The position numbers were made by a program, and so were the translations under genes. The notes beneath the pieces are model-generated. The model saw only the letters and a program-made list of their open reading frames with translations. It made no database searches and was not told the origin of the DNA. From Cladosporium halotolerans (lineage: Eukaryota), in NCBI RefSeq assembly GCF_011745625.1, contig NW_027191488.1:124001-188000 (forward strand): 64,000 nucleotides of DNA, read 5' to 3'. Positions 48,809 through 60,427 of this stretch are shown in pieces. How positions within the stretch are numbered: position 1 is the stretch's first letter; each line of letters begins with the position of its first letter.

Positions 48809-49931
48809 ATGAGCACACCAAGCCTCCCGGCCTTTCTGAGCCAGTCGAAGACAGGCGGGTACATCACGAGACAGATCGACATGTGAACTTGCACTAACAA
48901 CTCGGACAGATGTACATGCCAAATTCATAGACCTCGAGTGGCAGCAGCGTAACCGTCTCCTCGCCGGAGCTCAAGCTTCATCAAATCCCGATCAGCCATC
49001 ACAATGGGCCCGCCTCACCGGAGAGGCTGTCGCGGCCCGAAACCGATATGTCAACGTCGAGCCTTTTGCGCAGAACAGGGTCAGGCTCAATGTAGCCGAA
49101 GGAGTGAGCGACTACATCAATGCTTCGCCAATCCAGTTGGGCAAGAGAAGGTACATAGCAACTCAGGGACCGAAGAACACAAACCTCAACCACTTCTACC
49201 GCATGGTTAACGCAGAGGTACGCGGGAGAGCTGTGGTAGTCATGCTTACACAGACGCATGAGTCGGGACGGGAGAAATGCTTCCAATATTACCCTCTGTC
49301 ATCGGAAGAATCGCCGTTGCAGATTCCACCTGACCATGAATCCGGCGATGGCTTTCAAGGCACGGTGGAGCTCACGAGCATCGAGGACGATGAGCCAACC
49401 CGTACTCAGATCCGACAACTTCAACTCCGAACAGAGACTGGCAACTCCGCCCTGCCACCGCAAGAACAAGAAATCTACCACCTCCTCTTCTCCGGCTGGC
49501 CCGATTTCCTCGTCCCAGAAGGCGACGACCGCGCCGCCCTCACCCGCCTCATCCAGCTCTCCGCACAACTCAACTCAAAGCCTTCAGATCCCTCCGCGAC
49601 ACACACCAACGGCGCCGCAGCGGCCGACTTCGCGGACTCCGAACAAGACAACCCTCGCATCATCCACTGTTCCGCGGGCGTGGGCCGCAGCGGTACGTTC
49701 ATCGCGCTGGACTACTTGCTCTCACTCCTATATTCGGGCCAGCTGGACAACGTTCCTCCGGAGAAAGACCCCATTATGGAGACGGTCGATGCACTGCGGC
49801 AGCAGCGTATGATGATGGTGCAGGGCGAGGGGCAGTTCCATTTTGTCTACGAGACGCTGAAGGAGGCTTTCATCCAGCGGGCCAATGGAGGGTCTCCGGA
49901 TGCTATTGGAGGTGCGGAGAGTGGGGCTTGA
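48809..49931 (+). CDS. Classical protein tyrosine phosphatase (Ptp1-like), one probable GC-AG intron
   Basis: RNRYVNV, DYINAS, YIATQGP, WPD loop, IHCSAGVGRSG, QRMMMVQ; intron 48855-48909. Confidence 0.92.
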
Positions 49932-52463
49932 GGGCAAATAATGACATTGAGGAGGCCCTGCAAGTCTTGCGAAAGATCAGAACCACGCTTGAGCAAGGAT
50001 TGACGCTGGCTTGTGATCGCAGGCGAGATGTGCACAATCACGAAGATGCGGATCAGGAGATTGGGAATGCTTTCTTGACTTTCTCGCTGGCAGCAGCATA
50101 GCGACTTGTTTTTCTGATGAGCAATGTTCCACGTTGGTGCTTTCTATGCAAGGAGAGGGCAGCTTGACTCTGGAGCGTTCAGCCCAGAATCTTCTTGAAC
50201 CAGCATGGGCGGGCTGACAAAAGTTATGAAACGTTTAATCGAGGCAGCATTTGTGATTTCATGGACATAAGTATTTAGGTGCGCTTTGCACATAGCATAA
50301 AAGCTTATTTGTTCGCTTTACCTTACCCGGTGCACCCATTATTTCTGCCTGCCGATGTATATCGCGAGTTTGTACGTTTAACTGAGATACCTTACTGCTT
50401 GATATGATCTTTTCGCTACTGGATGTCTCACGCCGTCGATCGGTCAGGTAGATAGTGTACGGGTATGCGTCATGCCCATCGAAATGTCTTCTACTTTGCA
50501 AGATCTATTTACAGGCGAGCAAGTTCGTCCCAGAAGCAGACTTAAAGCCATTGACTGTGCTGGTCTTTTGCAATCTTCTATTGAGCGCATCAAGGATGCC
50601 GGGTCGGAGTCTCGGAATTGCAGCCAAGCCGGCCGTCCCTTGCGAGCTCATCAACATCACCTCCACATCAACGATGGCCGCCTGCCATAGACTCGGGCAC
50701 CATTGGCTCTGTCGACATGGCAGTCTTCACCATTTCATGTCGAAGATGCAAGGCAACACTCCTGCTAATGGCACACGCGCAAGGAGGTAGCGCGACATCT
50801 CTAGACGTGGCGACAATGTCTGCTGCAACATATCTGTCGAGAGACAGTGGGCTTTGATCGCCCAACCATTCTACGATTTGTCGAAGTTATTCTCAGATAA
50901 AGTCGGCAGTTGATGCACAAAAACTAGACGAGGAATTCGACGCCTGTCTCGACGAGAAAGCCCCTGGCCTTCTCGCCTTCCTGCTCCAGGCGCGACGTAG
51001 GTGGAAATGCCGACGGAGAAGACATTTCGCTATCGGTACTGACCATGAGGCTAGATTGGGAGCATGCCAGCCTCGAATCACAGTTGCCGTTACGATAGTT
51101 GGGCTGAGGGACAGCCGTCAGCTCGCAAATCGTCTTCCGTGGCGGAAAGTGTTTCCCTTGCCGATGGATGCGGTTAGCAAGTCGGTACCGAGATGCCCGT
51201 TATCCTGTCCCTAGATGAAGGCATGTCCCAACAGAAGTTGAGCCCAGAGTCTTTGACTTGGCTGTCGCCTTTCGACATAGCCTCCAGCGGCTTCTCTGTC
51301 GGCTTCCGTCGTGGTAGAGGATGTAGACGCTCATGCTTGTCGAAGGTGAAGTGGTGGGGCTCCAGTAGATGTTGCGACCAGGAGCAAAAGACTCATGCCT
51401 GCAAAACACGTTTGGACTCGGAACTATGGACTCGCTGCATACGAGGAATATCCAGTAACAGAGAACTCCGCAGACGCCATGAATCACCGACACCAGCCTC
51501 TTTCACGTCGCGCTCCAGAGCCACGTGATGGGGCAATCTATCTGCGGGAGGGTCCGCAGTGGTTGACGAAGTCAAAGGTCGTGCCTTCCTCACGAGTTGC
51601 GCCAAAACAAGACGCGGCTTCCGTTGCATTGTGCTCCGCTGCCTCGAAGCCCATATTGCTTCCTTCAACACCACCTGCACCGAGCATCATCACCACACCA
51701 CGACCACCTACCATCGCGCACATCGCATCACCGGTAAGTCGTCATCCCTTTCACCTCCCTGCGCCATGTGAGACGCAAGTCCGGATCCGCCGAACGTCTT
51801 TGGCTGTATGAGGGATGGACCTCAGAGCTGCGACCTTGCTCTCAAGGCGCTTGCCCAACTGTACACCCGTATCTCCGTAAGACAGGAGAATCACTAACAC
51901 GGCCACAGAGACACGAACTGAATCCACCCTCTTCCCGCTTGGTCTGGCTCTTGGCCGCAAGGTATGTCCTTGAGATCTCAGCAGCAACCCGCCCGAAGCA
52001 CAAGCGTTTCATTTCACTTCGCACCCCATCCCTCACTGCGCAGACGACATCACTCGCACTGTCACAAGCGTCAGACCTTGACGGGCAGTCTTGTGAAAGC
52101 CGATCGCGGTGGTCTATTTAAGAGCCCTTCCAGTCCCACCAGAACCCTCCCTCCTACATCCCACAACCTCACACATCTCCCACCACTACCCACCCTCTTC
52201 CATCCTCCACACTTGCACTATCCTCTACAATACCCTCCTATCAATACCAACATACGTCTCGCTTCGCGCCGGCCGTTTACATTATCCTGCAGCAACAAAT
52301 CTGAAGCTAGCCTACCTGTATGCAGCGAAGCCATTCTCTGAGCCCGATATTCATATCAAACAAACAAGCTTACTGATCAACAATCACAGCTTCCTCACCA
52401 TTACTCGTCACCATCCACAACAACTATTCACTCAACCCCACTTACAGTTTCCATCCCTCCATC

Positions 52464-55400
52464 ATGGCTGGGCCGCCGAAGAAGGCCCTTGCTGCTCAGC
52501 AGCAGAAGAAAAAGAATTCACTACCGTCCAACAAGCGGTCTTCCTCTGGCGAGACTTCTACATCGAGCAAGCCGCGCTCATCAGCTCCACCCGCCAATCT
52601 GGCCATCGAGCGCCTCAAGAACGAGGGCTTCGACGGCTCTCGCGACCCTTCCCCTCGCCCTGGATCGGGAACTTCATCTCCGCGCGAGAGACAGTCCCCT
52701 CCTCAGTCCCCTCGCCAGGCTCCTGCTTCTCCTCGTCAATCAGGTGCATCCCAACGGGCTACGTCGCCGGCGCGCTCTACAACCACCGGCTCCGGGAGTG
52801 GCACTGCTCGCCCGATCGTAGTGAACAATAAGAACTTGGATCTCGGCGCTCAGGGATGGAACCTTATCCGTGGGTACGACATGGTCGGAACACTACCTCC
52901 CCGTCCTAAGCCATCCAAGCTAGGTCAGCCTGCTAAGGTTGCCCTGAACGTGTTCACTGTCACCAACTATCCAGAGAAGCCGGTCTTTCAATACGAAATC
53001 ATGGTTGGCAAAGGCGATGAAAAGCGCGGCTTAATTAAGGCGGTCTGGGAGTCGAAGGCTGTGCAGCAGGCCTTAGGAAAGGATTGCATCTTCGACGGCG
53101 ATCGTTTAGCCTGGGGAACGCGCCCTCTTGACCGCGAAATCCGCATTCAAGTCGACTTGGACCAGGAGGCTGGAAAGAAGCCTAGACCAGGCCGCCCGGA
53201 CGTTCACCGTTTCGCGATGCGCCAGACTGGTCAGATCCGCTTCGATGTTCTGCGTAACTATCTCGCGCGTAAGTGCGATTTTGACAACAACATCTTAGAG
53301 GCTATCAACTTCCTCGACCACTTGCTCCGCGAGGGTCCGTCACAGCGCCTAACCTCTATCAAGAGGTCTTTCTTTGCAAAGGGCGAAACACGCTTCGATC
53401 TCGGTGCCGGCGTCGAAGCTTTCAAAGGCGCCTACCAGACTCTTCGTATGGTTCTTGGTCCACAAGGACCTCAGCTTGCTATCATCGTGGACGTTGCCAA
53501 CGGCACCTTCTATAACGCTGGCCCACTCCCTCAACTTGCCAGCAGAATCACCGGATGCCGGGATGCGAATGATCTTATCCAGGTCACTCGTAAGGAAGGC
53601 GAGAACGGTAGATCAGGCAAGGCCCTCAAGCGTCTACGCAGGCTTCATGTCGTGGCGCACCACCGCGGGGGCGCGGAGGATCACTACGTGATCGACAAGA
53701 TCATTCATAAGTCAGCGAAGGATCACACGTTTCAGGCTCTTGATAGCTCTGGAAAGGAGTACAAAACAACTGTGTACGAGTACTTCGCTAAGAAGTATAA
53801 CGCCCGTCTCCGGTTCCCCGACCTACCTCTTATGAAGATGACGAAAGGCAAGAATACCATCCTCCCAATGGAAGTTCTCAGCGTTAAGGAGAATCAGCGC
53901 TATCCATTCAAGTGCGACGACCGTCAAACATCCAACATGATCAAGTTCGCCGTCACACCTCCTGCCGAGCGCTGGCGCGCTATCGAGGCTGGGCTACGGA
54001 TGCTCTCCTGGAATAACGACGTCATCCTTCAGAAATACGGCCTAAAGGTCAACACAAACCGCACTATCGTCGATGCTCGTATTCTGACCGCCCCGAAAGT
54101 TCAATTTGCTACAACCGGCGTGGCCACCCCTGGTACTAGCGGCAGATGGGACCTCAAGGGCAAGAAGTTTCTCCAGCCGAATAACACGCCTTTGAAATGC
54201 TGGTCCGTTACCGTGGTCTGCGGCAGGCGCGGCGGGAAGCCGGATAAGGGAACCATCGACAATTTCATCCAGCAGTTCATCAAGGTCTACAAATCGCACG
54301 GAGGTCGGGTCGAAAACAGCCAACCCCCTTTACATCTCGGCATAGGTGACGACTGGGGTGCGATCACCACAGAGGCATGGAATAAGGCCGGGAACCAAAT
54401 GAATAGTCGGCCGCAGGTCCTTATCTTCATCTTGCCAGATAAAGATGCAACCGCCTATGGCCGTATCAAGCGCTCATGCGAGTGCCGCTATGGAGTGGTT
54501 TCGCAGTGCATGCAGTACAACAACGTACAGAAGTGTCAGGGACAATATATGTCCAATGTGTGTATGAAACTCAACGCCAAGCTCGGAGGCACTACTTGCC
54601 GTGCCGTCGGTCCCCAATCTGGAGGTCCTGCAGGTCTCTTCTCGAAGGTTCCCACTCTCGTCATCGGCGCGGACGTTTCTCATGCTGCACCTGGGCAGCA
54701 GAGCGCATCTATGGCTGCTATGACTTTCTCTATAGACGCGCTTGGATGTCGCTATGCTGCTACTTGCGAGACAAACGGTTTCCGTGTCGAGATGATCGAG
54801 ACCAATAATATCGACAAAATGCTCAAGCCTATGATTCAGTACTGGACTCAGGCTGTCGGTAACGGCAAGTTCCCACAGCGCGTCTTATATTTCCGCGACG
54901 GAGTATCCGAGATGCAATACGCTCATGTGCTTCAGCAAGAGGTCGCGGACATGAAGGCGCTTCTTAAGGCTGCGGCCCCCGGCTTGAATATCCCCTTTGT
55001 GGTTGTCATTGCGGGCAAGCGTCATCACGTCCGATTCTTCCCGGAGAGAGGGGATCGTAACGGTAACCCCTTGCCTGGCACTTTAGTCGAGGCTGGCGTT
55101 ACTCACCCGCTTGAGAATGACTTCTACCTCTGCTCGCACGCGGCGATCAAGGGCACTGCGCGTCCGACGCATTACCACGTCATCTTGAATGAGGTCGGCA
55201 TGAGCAACGAGGAGCTCCAGACAATCCTATATGAGCAGGTCTACCAATACATGCGCGCAACGACTCCCGTCTCCATTCACCCGGCGGTCTACTATGCTCA
55301 CATTGCTTCTGGCCGTGCGGCTCCGCACGATCCCTCGTGGAAGGGCAGCACGGACGGTACTGGTACGCAGTCTCAGCCTGGCGGCGGCGGTGGCGGCTCT

Positions 55401-55493
55401 TCGGGACCTACGTCTTCTGGTCCAACCAACATCCTGCCTTTGTTGCCAATGCCGAACAGTTCCGGGATTAATACAACTATGTGGTATATCTAG
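52464..55493 (+). CDS. Argonaute (N-PAZ-MID-PIWI) with intact D-E-D-H catalytic tetrad
   Basis: Intronless 1009 aa; KLNAKLGG, IGADVSH, VEMI, FRDGVSE, KRHHVRFFP, GTARPTHY, YYAH, C-terminal TMWYI. Confidence 0.97.
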   Translation: MAGPPKKALAAQQQKKKNSLPSNKRSSSGETSTSSKPRSSAPPANLAIERLKNEGFDGSRDPSPRPGSGTSSPRERQSPPQSPRQAPASPRQSGASQRATSPARSTTTGSGSGTARPIVVNNKNLDLGAQGWNLIRGYDMVGTLPPRPKPSKLGQPAKVALNVFTVTNYPEKPVFQYEIMVGKGDEKRGLIKAVWESKAVQQALGKDCIFDGDRLAWGTRPLDREIRIQVDLDQEAGKKPRPGRPDVHRFAMRQTGQIRFDVLRNYLARKCDFDNNILEAINFLDHLLREGPSQRLTSIKRSFFAKGETRFDLGAGVEAFKGAYQTLRMVLGPQGPQLAIIVDVANGTFYNAGPLPQLASRITGCRDANDLIQVTRKEGENGRSGKALKRLRRLHVVAHHRGGAEDHYVIDKIIHKSAKDHTFQALDSSGKEYKTTVYEYFAKKYNARLRFPDLPLMKMTKGKNTILPMEVLSVKENQRYPFKCDDRQTSNMIKFAVTPPAERWRAIEAGLRMLSWNNDVILQKYGLKVNTNRTIVDARILTAPKVQFATTGVATPGTSGRWDLKGKKFLQPNNTPLKCWSVTVVCGRRGGKPDKGTIDNFIQQFIKVYKSHGGRVENSQPPLHLGIGDDWGAITTEAWNKAGNQMNSRPQVLIFILPDKDATAYGRIKRSCECRYGVVSQCMQYNNVQKCQGQYMSNVCMKLNAKLGGTTCRAVGPQSGGPAGLFSKVPTLVIGADVSHAAPGQQSASMAAMTFSIDALGCRYAATCETNGFRVEMIETNNIDKMLKPMIQYWTQAVGNGKFPQRVLYFRDGVSEMQYAHVLQQEVADMKALLKAAAPGLNIPFVVVIAGKRHHVRFFPERGDRNGNPLPGTLVEAGVTHPLENDFYLCSHAAIKGTARPTHYHVILNEVGMSNEELQTILYEQVYQYMRATTPVSIHPAVYYAHIASGRAAPHDPSWKGSTDGTGTQSQPGGGGGGSSGPTSSGPTNILPLLPMPNSSGINTTMWYI

Positions 55494-56285
55494 GCCTGAG
55501 CGTGCATGCTCTCAGAGCTCGCATGATCTGGACTGGTGGCCATGACACTCTTCTTCTTTCTCTTTTGGCCGAGCGGACGACTCTCTCTTTTCTCTTTGGC
55601 TCACAACAAAAACAGCATGAATTACGACGGCATCACTCCCCACAAATTACGACCTGAACGATGACCACCGGTCTGATCGACAGCTGTAGCTTTTCTTTGG
55701 CTGCTGTCATTTGGGCACGACTGGAGGTACTGGAGACGATGGCTGGCCTCTTTCTCTTCTTTCTTTGGCGTGGTATGATTACTTGGCATCAACTAGCTTG
55801 CATAGATACAAGAAAACACAAAAAAAAGTGCCCGCAAGGGTGCGCCAAAAACCCCACGTTCCCCTTTGTGACTCTGACGGTGATGTTCGCCTACCAAGCG
55901 CTTACAGCCCTCTGATTTGATAGGTAACGGAGACAGAATATTGTGGTGAGCGGGCATTTTGAATATGTCGTTTTCATTCAGCCTTCATGCATGCACATCG
56001 TCCGCTCCCTCCCTGTGACTATCTACAGAACCCCCCTTCGATTCCTTCCAAAAAGTGACAATGAGCAGTCTATGTCGCCTGTCGGACTTTTCTTTACAAA
56101 GCATCTCCCATGTCCGTTCAATCCGCCGGAGACGAAGAAGAGAAGAAAACGCCCCTGATGATTTTCCCCCGAGTGAATGCGAAAAAAGAAGTGTCCAATT
56201 CCCCCAATTAATTACGCCGTTGTTGGTATGCTGGTTTTGATTTATGGTCGCTGAAGCGTGGCAATCTGGTGTGCGAGAATGAGCG

Positions 56286-56301
56286 GTGTGTGTGTGTGTG
56301 T
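56286..56301 (+). repeat. (GT)8 microsatellite between the convergent Argonaute and FIG1 3' ends
   Basis: gtgtgtgtgtgtgtgt. Confidence 0.85.
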
Positions 56302-56493
56302 CTGTGGTGGTTGGCGTGAGGTCGTGGGTCGAGCGTGAGGTTGTGAGGAGAGGAGTGTACTGCTGGTTGGTGCGATGGCAGTGCTTCTTGAGAAGCAGTG
56401 GCGAGCGCGAGCAGATCATTCAACTCTCTCGGGCGCTGTGAAGCGAATGCCGTTGGCTTGGCTTGGCTATTGCGCGCTTCGTCCTTTCACCGC

Positions 56494-57416
56494 TCACTCG
56501 TCCGTCAGGCGATCCAGCAAGTGGATGCTGAGAATCATGACCAGCAAGCCGATCGTGACGATGATGAACAGCGCGAACGCGAACCAACCCAGCACCATCG
56601 CGCTGGTGCCCACGCCGCTCTTTACGCTCCCGTTTCCGAAGTCTTGTGCGATCTGCGCAGCGGCTACTGACGCCGTGTGCTGCCATAATACCGACACGAG
56701 CACGAAGATCGAGGCGATGAAGATCAGCGCGAGCGCCACTTGCGACACGGGTCGAGAGGGGAAGGGCTTGATGTCGATGTCGGAGCCGGTCCGCGCGTCG
56801 CGCTCTTCGTGCCAGCCGGGGAAGGTGGCGAGGAGGAGGAAGGTGACAAAGGCGAGGATGATGGCGACGATGCTGTGGAGTTTGTTAGCTGGGTGGTTCG
56901 GTAACGGGCTTGTTGGAAATCGACGACTTACAGAAGATATGGGAAGACGACTGCGTTCTTGAACGTCGTCGCAACCCAGATCAAATTCAAAGGATCCTGG
57001 TCGATGTTGATCCTCTCCGCCAGCGCTGTCGCATTGTTCGAACACAAGAAGGCACCGTCGGTGTTGGCGCAGAGACCGAAGTATCCAACGCGCACTTCCA
57101 ACTCTGCCTGGCCGACAATGTTGGCGATGGCAGCTGTCACACCGGGATCGACTTGCGTGGGATCGTAGGTGGGAGTGTATTCATCATAGTAGAAGTTGAT
57201 GAGGAAGATGCCGGGAATGAGAGGCGAAGAAGAGGAGCAACCTGCTAGGAGTAGTGCTGTTCGGTATTGTTAGCTTTTGAATATGGCAGAGAGTGTCCTC
57301 AGAGATAACATACACAGCAGAATGATTGCTATAGCAATCAGTATCATGAGCACATGGTGGTATCCCAGGAATGGAATCAACCGCTGGATGCCCACGGCGA
57401 ACCGTACGTTCGGCAT
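56494..57416 (-). CDS. FIG1: Ca2+ regulator and membrane fusion protein Fig1, two introns
   Basis: LGYHHVLMILI, LLAGCSS, VRVGYFGLC..C claudin-like motif, DPLNLI, KPFPSRPV, LWQHTASVAA. Confidence 0.9.
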
Positions 57417-59182
57417 GGTGGCAGAGACGGTCTACCGGCTGTCTGGTGAACAATCAAGCGCCCTTGGAGATCCAGCTCCGCCCGTCTGGGACGGGAGAAG
57501 AGGGTGTGTTGTGGAATGCGCTGATTCCGCCAACCGATGTATGCTGCTCTTGTTCCAAAAGAATGTTCGGTATTGTCGTTCTGGAATGCTGCTTGGATGG
57601 GAATTCTTCAAAGATAGACGTTTGTGGGGTTTTCCTGCGACCGTTGTCGAGGTTTTCGGAAGGCGTTGGCTGTTTGTCCCAACTCCGAGGGACGTCTCGT
57701 CTCTGCGGCAACACCAGGTGGATGTCAGAAAAGCGATGGGATGTTCTCGGGTGTAGTGGAGGAAGAGGGAGAGGTAGGCTTAGCTTGACAGGATTTCCAA
57801 TTGCTAGTACAGGCGCTCGGCGAGCGTGCGCGTACCGTGAAATCAGGGAGGCTAGGAGGAGGCTGGTCTTCCCAGCCATCTCATGCAGACTTACCCTTCC
57901 ACTTCCAGCCACCCGTTGCTGGGCCGACTCCACGCGGTAAACATGCGCTACCACGTCACTCCGCAGCGCTAGAGTCGCGGCGCGCGCGCCACTCCCGCTT
58001 CCCGCCAGCCCGTGCCTGGCGCTTTGCCGGCTTTGGAAACACTATGCTGGTTAAGCTTAACTTGAACGTGGAGACCGTTGGACTGCAGTTGGTTCTGGCG
58101 GTGAATGTCTTACACCTCAAACAGCGGCATTGTGCCCTGACAAGAGTAGTTCACTGCGCCAAGAGCGTGCTAGCAAGCCTGCTGCATATGTAGGTACTGG
58201 GCATCTGTTGTTACCAAGGCCACGAGTCATGATACCACGACCTCCCTTGAGGTCCAATTCAAGAAGTATGTTTTGTGCAATGTCGATATTTACCTGGTAG
58301 TATCTTCCTGCCACTACCCAGGAAATTGCCCATTGCGCATGGTAGTTGTGGCCGGAAACATGAAACCGCTGGCGCCGTTGTGGTTGACGGAACGCGAATC
58401 TACACTGTGTCTCACACTGTAACGCCATCTTGCTAGCTTTCATGTCCAGCTGGATTGGCTTTGGTGATAGCTGCCCATACTTTGATGCAACGGACCCTCA
58501 ATTGCCTGTGATGGAAATCGTAGGAAGTAGACTTTTATTGGACCCGACGTCTAAGCTGCCTGTATGTAACCCTCTCCGCTGCAGAGAGGAAAAAAGTGAC
58601 CGCCCCGGAACACCGTCTGCGATGGCGGCCATGACTGAACAGGAGCACCTGCAAGTTTTGACAGGTCAGAGAATTTATTCAATCGGTTCTCCTTTGCCAG
58701 CAAGCTGCCACCTCGAGTACCACCGAATACGTAGTTATAGAGTCATCGAGTGCGACAGACGCGCAAGCGATCTGGTATGTCCATATACTGCAGGAACTTC
58801 ACGCAGAATCCCACAATCATCAGAGTCTGTGGTCGCACCAGTGCCTGCATCTACAGGACCTATGATCTCGCTGTAAGGAACAGGTACTGCCGTGAGGTAC
58901 AGGCCATGCGAAATCATGACGCTTGAGTACATTCATGCGTATAGCGGAGCAGTAGGACGCGTAGCGCTACTGTCAGTGAACCGCACGTTCCCGATCTATG
59001 CGTATATGACCGCCGAGGTCTGATGATGGCAAGCATTTACCTCCCTCTACAGGCGCCATTCACAAGCTCGCGGACAGCAGTTTTGCCAGCAAAAGCTGCC
59101 TTGGGAAAATTTCAGCCACCCGACCAGACTACTCTAAAAGCCCAACCAAAAGAACTCAACCACAATCGATCGAGCATCAACA

Positions 59183-59440
59183 ATGTGCCGGGAATTCACC
59201 CGCCTACACCGCGGCTGCAGACACGCAGCCCATAGCACCACAGGAAACCCAGGCTCGATCCGCATCTGCAACATCCCTCTCGAAGCCTTTGCCGCCGCAG
59301 GCGGCTCCAGGCCATGCACAGCGGGCAATGGTCTCCAAGTCACAGAGGAGTATGTAGAGCGAGAGTACTGCGACCACTGCATCATGGGACGTGCGGGGTT
59401 GGCGCATGAGAGGGAGCTCAATGCGTTCATTTATGCGTAG
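59183..59440 (+). CDS. Small cysteine-rich protein (MC-x9-CxH...CxxC), tandem paralog 1, 85 aa
   Basis: MCREFTRLHRGCRH...EEYVEREYCDHCI...EL..FIYA; ACAATG context; homologous to the next ORF. Confidence 0.75.
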   Translation: MCREFTRLHRGCRHAAHSTTGNPGSIRICNIPLEAFAAAGGSRPCTAGNGLQVTEEYVEREYCDHCIMGRAGLAHERELNAFIYA

Positions 59441-59755
59441 AATATGGGCACCAGCGTGGATGATCTGAGGAGGGCATATCCGAGTTTGAGGATGTGAGTA
59501 GACGGTTTGGCCGATGGTATGACGCAGAACTGAGAAGCCGGGCACTGGCGTTTGCATTCGTGATAATACTAGTTCATACGGTGATGGCCGCAGATGTCTG
59601 ACCGTATTCATGGATTCACCACCTCTTCTACACGCCGTGTATGTACTGATCACGAGCCATGATTCGTAGAAAAGGGCTCCTCATCAGGGGCATCTCCATC
59701 GCTCCCACAATCGGAAATCCAAGTGACATCGCAACGAGTCTGTCGAACAAGGAGA

Positions 59756-60067
59756 ATGTGCATATGGATCCGTTTCAGACATCCCGGATGCGGCCACCCC
59801 GCCCGGGGCACCAGCCGCCCGACTCCATACGTGGAGTATTGCGATCGCGTGCTCGCCGCCTGGGCAGCCGGGCCTTTCCCAGGAGTCTGCCTCTCCGTGA
59901 GAACCAACATCAGAGAAGAATGGGCGGAACGAGAGTACTGCGATACCTGCATTCAGCGTGGCGTGGAGCTTTTCAGGGCGAAGGAGCTCGATCCAGACAT
60001 TTATGCGAGATCTTTGGGCGCGAGTTGGGCGCAGCTGGTAAGGTATCATCCGGATTGGGAGTACTGA
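59756..60067 (+). CDS. Small cysteine-rich protein (MC-x9-CGH...CxxC), tandem paralog 2, 103 aa
   Basis: MCIWIRFRHPGCGH...EEWAEREYCDTCI...EL..DIYA. Confidence 0.75.
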   Translation: MCIWIRFRHPGCGHPARGTSRPTPYVEYCDRVLAAWAAGPFPGVCLSVRTNIREEWAEREYCDTCIQRGVELFRAKELDPDIYARSLGASWAQLVRYHPDWEY

Positions 60068-60427
60068 AGGTGTATCAAGTTCTGGGAAAGGCCGAAGGAT
60101 GGGTTAAGAGGCGGCTATCAATCCCCGAAATTTAGGAGACTGATATCCTGTTTGGCGTTCGCGATCGGACTGAATTTCGGCCGGCAGGCTTCCATGACTG
60201 GGCGTCGAATGTGATTGAAGCAATCCGAAGATGGCGATGATAGTGAAGCGGTCAGGGTTGTGATCAATCCATCAACGGCCTGCGTCAAATACTCTTCGTT
60301 GATGATTTCCACAGTCATTAAGCGATGGTCGTGTCCCCAGACACGCCGTATTTTCGTAACTTGATCGTACAACCCCAGTTGGAACAGCGATTGTCGCCTC
60401 ATACCTTCAAGGGGGCGTGCGCAAGTC

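Noticed and set aside
58117..58443. 108 aa minus-strand ORF
   Set aside because: No motif or splice support; cannot be called without homology
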